Shown here piece by piece: positions 59,950 through 64,000 of a stretch of 64,000 nucleotides of DNA. The notes beneath the pieces were generated by a model. The model was not told the DNA's origin. It saw only the letters and a program-made list of their open reading frames with translations, and did not search any database. This DNA comes from Euglena gracilis (Eukaryota): NCBI GenBank assembly GCA_039621445.1, contig CP154954.1, positions 45,611,847 through 45,675,846 on the forward strand, written 5' to 3'. Position numbers and translations under genes: made by a program. Positions within the stretch are counted from its first letter, which is position 1. Every line of letters starts with the position of its first letter.

Positions 59950-62898
59950 CTGGGGGGTGGCATTTTTCCCCCCTGCAGTTGGTGAACATACCCATGTAGG
60001 GGGTGATTTTCAGGCAGGGGGTCCCTGGTACTTTCGTTTTTATTAACTGGGGCCACCATGTGGCTGAATCCCAGTAGGGGGTGACCATCAAAACTTTGGC
60101 TTGTGGAAACATTCTTAATCTGGGGAGAAATTTTTGAATTACAGACCAGGGGGGGTTTGCATAAAGTCCCCCCATGTTGTCCAGTGGGCATTGCAATGCA
60201 TCCACTGCTGTGGCATCCCAGTGGGGCCACCTGGCCACAAATTGTGGCAGTTTTTTGTTGCCTGGTGAGGCAAAAAGGTCTGTTTTCAGGTTTATGTAAT
60301 TTTTGAACTGCTGCCTCAGCCATTGAAAAAGTTGGGGGTCCAGGGAATAATCCCCCCTGTCCATTTCCCTCCTGCTTATGGGGTCCGCCAGGCATTCCTT
60401 TGAAGGGACCCACTTTACTTGCAGGTTTATGTTGTGCTCCATGCACCATTTGAAAAAGGGTCTTAGCATGGAATTGAAGGGGTCCTTTCTGCCCCCCCCC
60501 TTTTGTTAAGTAATAGTAAATTACTTGATTGTCCACTGACAGGGACACAGTTTCTCCTGGTTTGCTTAGGCTTTGTACTGTGCTTATTGCTGCACTTAAT
60601 TCTTTGACGTTTATGTGCAAAATGGAGTTTTCCCTCCAAAATTCCTGCACAATTTCGCCTGCGCGAATGTCCAGCCCCCCCCAGGCATGGGTGCTGCTGT
60701 CTGAGTGCAACTCTCTGGTTGCACTTTGGGGGAAGGGTCTGCCCCCCCAGGTGTCCAGCAGAATTTTTATTTCCCTTAATTGGTCCTTTATCCTTTGGGA
60801 AATGGGGTGTTTTGAGTCCCAGGGGGCTGTGGAATTTTCCACCAAAAAATTTGCCAGGGCATCCGTAAAGGCCCTTAGAAAGGGCAGGGCCATTAGATTG
60901 CATCTGATTTGGCCCAAAATGGCAGCCAGTTGCCTTTTTGACATGTAATCTTTTTTCACCATTTTTCCCAGCTCCTTTTTTTACTGTTTTTATTTTCTGG
61001 GGTGGCACCCGTAATTTTCCCTCTTGGAAGTTTAGTTGAAATCCAAGATGATTTACGATTTGGCTGGGCTGGAGGGTGGACTTTTTCACATTGATTTTGA
61101 ACCCTGATTTGATTAAATCCCTGACGACTGTGTTCAGGTGATTTTGTAAGATGTTTTGTGTTGGGGCCACCAGTAAAATGTCGTCCAGGTAAATAAATAC
61201 CTGGATGCCCCTTTTCCTCCACAGCTTTTCGAATGTCTTCATTACTGACATAAAAATTTGGGGCATTATGTTTAGGCCAAAACAGCCTGCCTGGAATTCC
61301 CAGGTCTGCCCCCCCACCTGATGTCTTAGAAATGGCCTTAGGGCCTGGCTCACTGGGATGTGGAAGTAAGCATCCTTTACGTCTATTTTGGATGCCCAGT
61401 GGCCTTTTTCCAACACTGGAAAAATGTGCTGGATGTGATCCAGCTTGAAAGGTTTCACCTGGAACCTTTGATTTATATCCCTGCAATCGCTTATTAATCT
61501 CCATTTTGTCTGGCCCCCCTCTGGTTTTGAAATCAGAAACCAGGGGATCAGGTGCTGGGTGGTTGAATCCCTCACCCTCTTTAAGGATCCAGATTTTTCG
61601 TAATCCAGCAGTATTTTTTCTGCTTGGGGTAGGTTCAAATTTGCTCTGATTTTTGGGTGGTTGGACAATTTTGGTGGGTTTACCCAAGGGGGTTGAATGC
61701 CATCCCTGATGAGTTGACATGTTGTTGGGGGGGCATTTTTTGTCCACCATTTCAGGATTTTTTGCAACCTTTGATGGAGGGGGGTGTCTCCCCATTTCTC
61801 CTCCATGGAATTTATTTCCTGGATAAGATGATTTTGGGGGGGCTGGGCTGGGGGTGTTGGACATTGCACCCTTAGGGCCCCTAGGGCTTGAGCCCTTGGA
61901 AAGGGAAAGTTTTCCTGGGGGGGTGTGCATGCACTCTCCTCTCTTCTCACTCTCTCTCTGGAGGATCTTGTTGTTGGAGTGCATACCATAGGGCTTACTG
62001 CCCCTGTTTTGCCTATCAGGCCTCCTTGATGATGATGGTGTTGGTATCCATACCATAGGGGGGCCTCTGTGGGTCCCCCCCTTCTTGATTCCACTGGGGG
62101 ATTTGAAGAATGATGAATAAATATTTGTGGGGGTCCTTCCCCTTCCCCCTGTTCCTCCTGGGGCTGGGCATGTGTTAAATACAAAGCCCCTGTGGGGCTG
62201 CCCTTTAGCTTCTGGGGGGCCTCTGGAGGTCCACCCCTTGTATGGCTGCCATAGCCCTTGGATTGGCCTCCTGGGCCCAAGCCCCTTTTGCTCTGGCCTC
62301 CATGGCCGGGGCTGTAAGTTCTGGCTTCTTGCCATGCCCAATTGAAATCTGGGGGAGCCCTGTTGGTGGGCCTCCCCCCTCCCCCCTGGAATGGGGTTGT
62401 GGGCTGAATTTGAAAAGGATGGTTGGTACAGACCTCTTTTGCCCCTTCCTGTGGGCTGCCATAGCCCTTGGATTGGCCTTCTGCTCCAGACTGGGCCATC
62501 TGCTGGCTTCCCATTGTTGTACTGGCCCCCTTGTCCCTTATTCCATCTTGATGGGTTGGGGGCATTTGCTCTGTGGGCTGGGGCTTTTGCTCTCTGGGCT
62601 GGGTCTGCCAATTTTGAAGGTTTCCTGCACCCCAATTTGAAATGTAATGGGTCTTGACCCTGGGTACCCAATGTCTTCCGTCGTCGTCTGGGCTTTTTGC
62701 CCACTGTCTGCCAGGGTCCATGGCCATCACTGTGTGTGGCTGTCTGCTGCTGAAAATTTTCTGTTGAGATGTGTGGGGGGGAAGTGATGGCCACGGTTCG
62801 CCACGTTGAAACCGCATCTCCAAGTTTTCCAGCTGGCGTTTCTTGTTCTGCACTGTGTCCAGGTTGTCGACTTGATAATTCCAATTTGTTCTCCACAT
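59850..62898 (-). CDS. DIRS-B2 pol: RT - RNase H - Dam-like adenine MTase (three homopolymer-associated frame breaks)
   Basis: KWRLISDC, IDVKDAYFH, FGL, IYLDD; SDSSTHAWGG, ELSA, VDN, ADPISR; TDLFASPGN...LYANPPW. Confidence 0.9.
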
Positions 62899-64000
62899 GC
62901 TGCATTGACTTCAAATGTCAAAGTTGAAATATTTTCTTGAATTTGATATTCCTCAGGTTCTACAGGTTCTGAATATTGATATTGTATTGTCTTGGTCTCT
63001 TCCAACTCTGTTCTTCAAAACTTTCTGTCTTCTTCCGTGTCGAAGGGCAAGATTAGGAATCAGCCAACTCCGGCGAAGAAAGGCACTAAGCGGGACCTCC
63101 TAACCCAGCGCAGCAAACAATCACACAACAAACCGCCGGCGAGCAAGGCATGGCCTCACAATGGCAAAGTGCAGAGCCCGAGGTGTCGTTAAGAATCAGC
63201 CAACTTTGGCGAAAAAAGGCACTAAGCGGGGCCTCCTAATCCAGCGCATCAAACAATCACAGTAAACCGCCGCCGAGCAAGGCATGGCCTCACAATGGCA
63301 AAGTGCGGAGCCCGAGGTGTCAGAACTGCTCGATAAATCCTGTGCGACTCTAAAATTTTCTCGCCACCGCCATCCGCCAAATTTTGGCAGCCTCAATTTT
63401 TATCATTATCCTAAAGCATTTCATTTCGAAAGCATTTTCGAAAACTCCCATTGCCAGGCGGCGCAAGTTTAAATTTCCACCGGAGACCATACAAACAATA
63501 ACCCCCCAAAAAATAACGCCCATATTCACAAGGACACAGTAAGTGGATACCTTCATCTGGCGTAAATAACGAAAATATGCCGCACAGTGTCACCCTCATC
63601 AACCCCACCCTTGGGCAGCCAAAATACCTGAAATTTTGAGGGGGTAAGCTGTTTGGTGTTTTTTGGGGTTGACTGCGGATTTTAGCCTTGAAGATGATTG
63701 CCTTTGAAATCTTTGAAATTGTAAGCATAAGAAGAGCATGCAAAGTGCAAAAAATCCGTTTCTCAAGTGAGGGAAGTAGAGAATGGATGACACCCATAAC
63801 CATTTATGTTTCCTCTGCCATATTTGCAATTTGGCACTGAACTTGCAACTTTTTGGGGAAGAAAGATGGATTGACATCCACTTTTTGGGCTTGCACCCGT
63901 CATTCATGACCTTTGGGCTCTTTGGGCTCCCGAGTTGGGGAGGGAAATTATTCAGTGATTTCTGGACGGTGCCAGGATTCCAAAAAATGGGTGAAAATGG

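Larger units (their letters stand above)
58596..63187 (-). mobile_element. DIRS1-type retrotransposon family B, copy 2 (near-intact, nested in copy 1)
   Basis: Right ITR 58596-~58759, ICR ~58900-59005, left ITR 63061-63187; full RT/RH/MT/YR set. Confidence 0.92.
35583..63321 (-). mobile_element. DIRS1-type retrotransposon family B, copy 1 (host of three nested insertions)
   Basis: Right ITR 35583-~35745, ICR ~35881-35985, left ITR ~63197-63321. YR-MT-RH-RT spans 35990-38321, RT continues at 55279-55503 and 57090 onward, and the ORF1 region runs to ~58595. Both outer ITRs share variants (tgat, ggcccc) absent from copy 2. Confidence 0.88.

Overview
Eukaryotic nuclear DNA, very probably from a photosynthetic euglenid. 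The evidence is genes carrying both GT-AG introns and euglenid-type non-conventional introns (CAG/CGG at +4..+6 pairing with CTG/CCG at -8..-6) and a Euglena-style plastid presequence. The left ~26 kb holds three intron-rich + strand genes (GST-like, TLDc-domain, LOG-family) among MITE/foldback repeats and microsatellites. The right ~36 kb is a nest of retroelements. One + strand DIRS1 (tyrosine-recombinase) element carries a three-LTR miniature LTR array. A minus-strand DIRS1 element is interrupted by a second miniature LTR element, a younger copy of itself and a 16,957-bp Ty3/Gypsy element. That Ty3/Gypsy element is the standout. It has apparently identical 429-bp LTRs with TG...CT ends and a CTTAG TSD, four tandem tRNA-iMet-type primer-binding sites, a ~1,360-aa coiled-coil Gag, and an in-frame UAG plus hairpin at the gag-pol junction (likely readthrough). 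It also has a Dam-like adenine-methyltransferase domain between protease and RT, a chromodomain, a large non-env third coding region, and a 3' region rich in GAAAC-loop hairpins. Everything was read by eye with no database searches. Many single-base frameshifts fall in homopolymer runs and may be sequencing errors.
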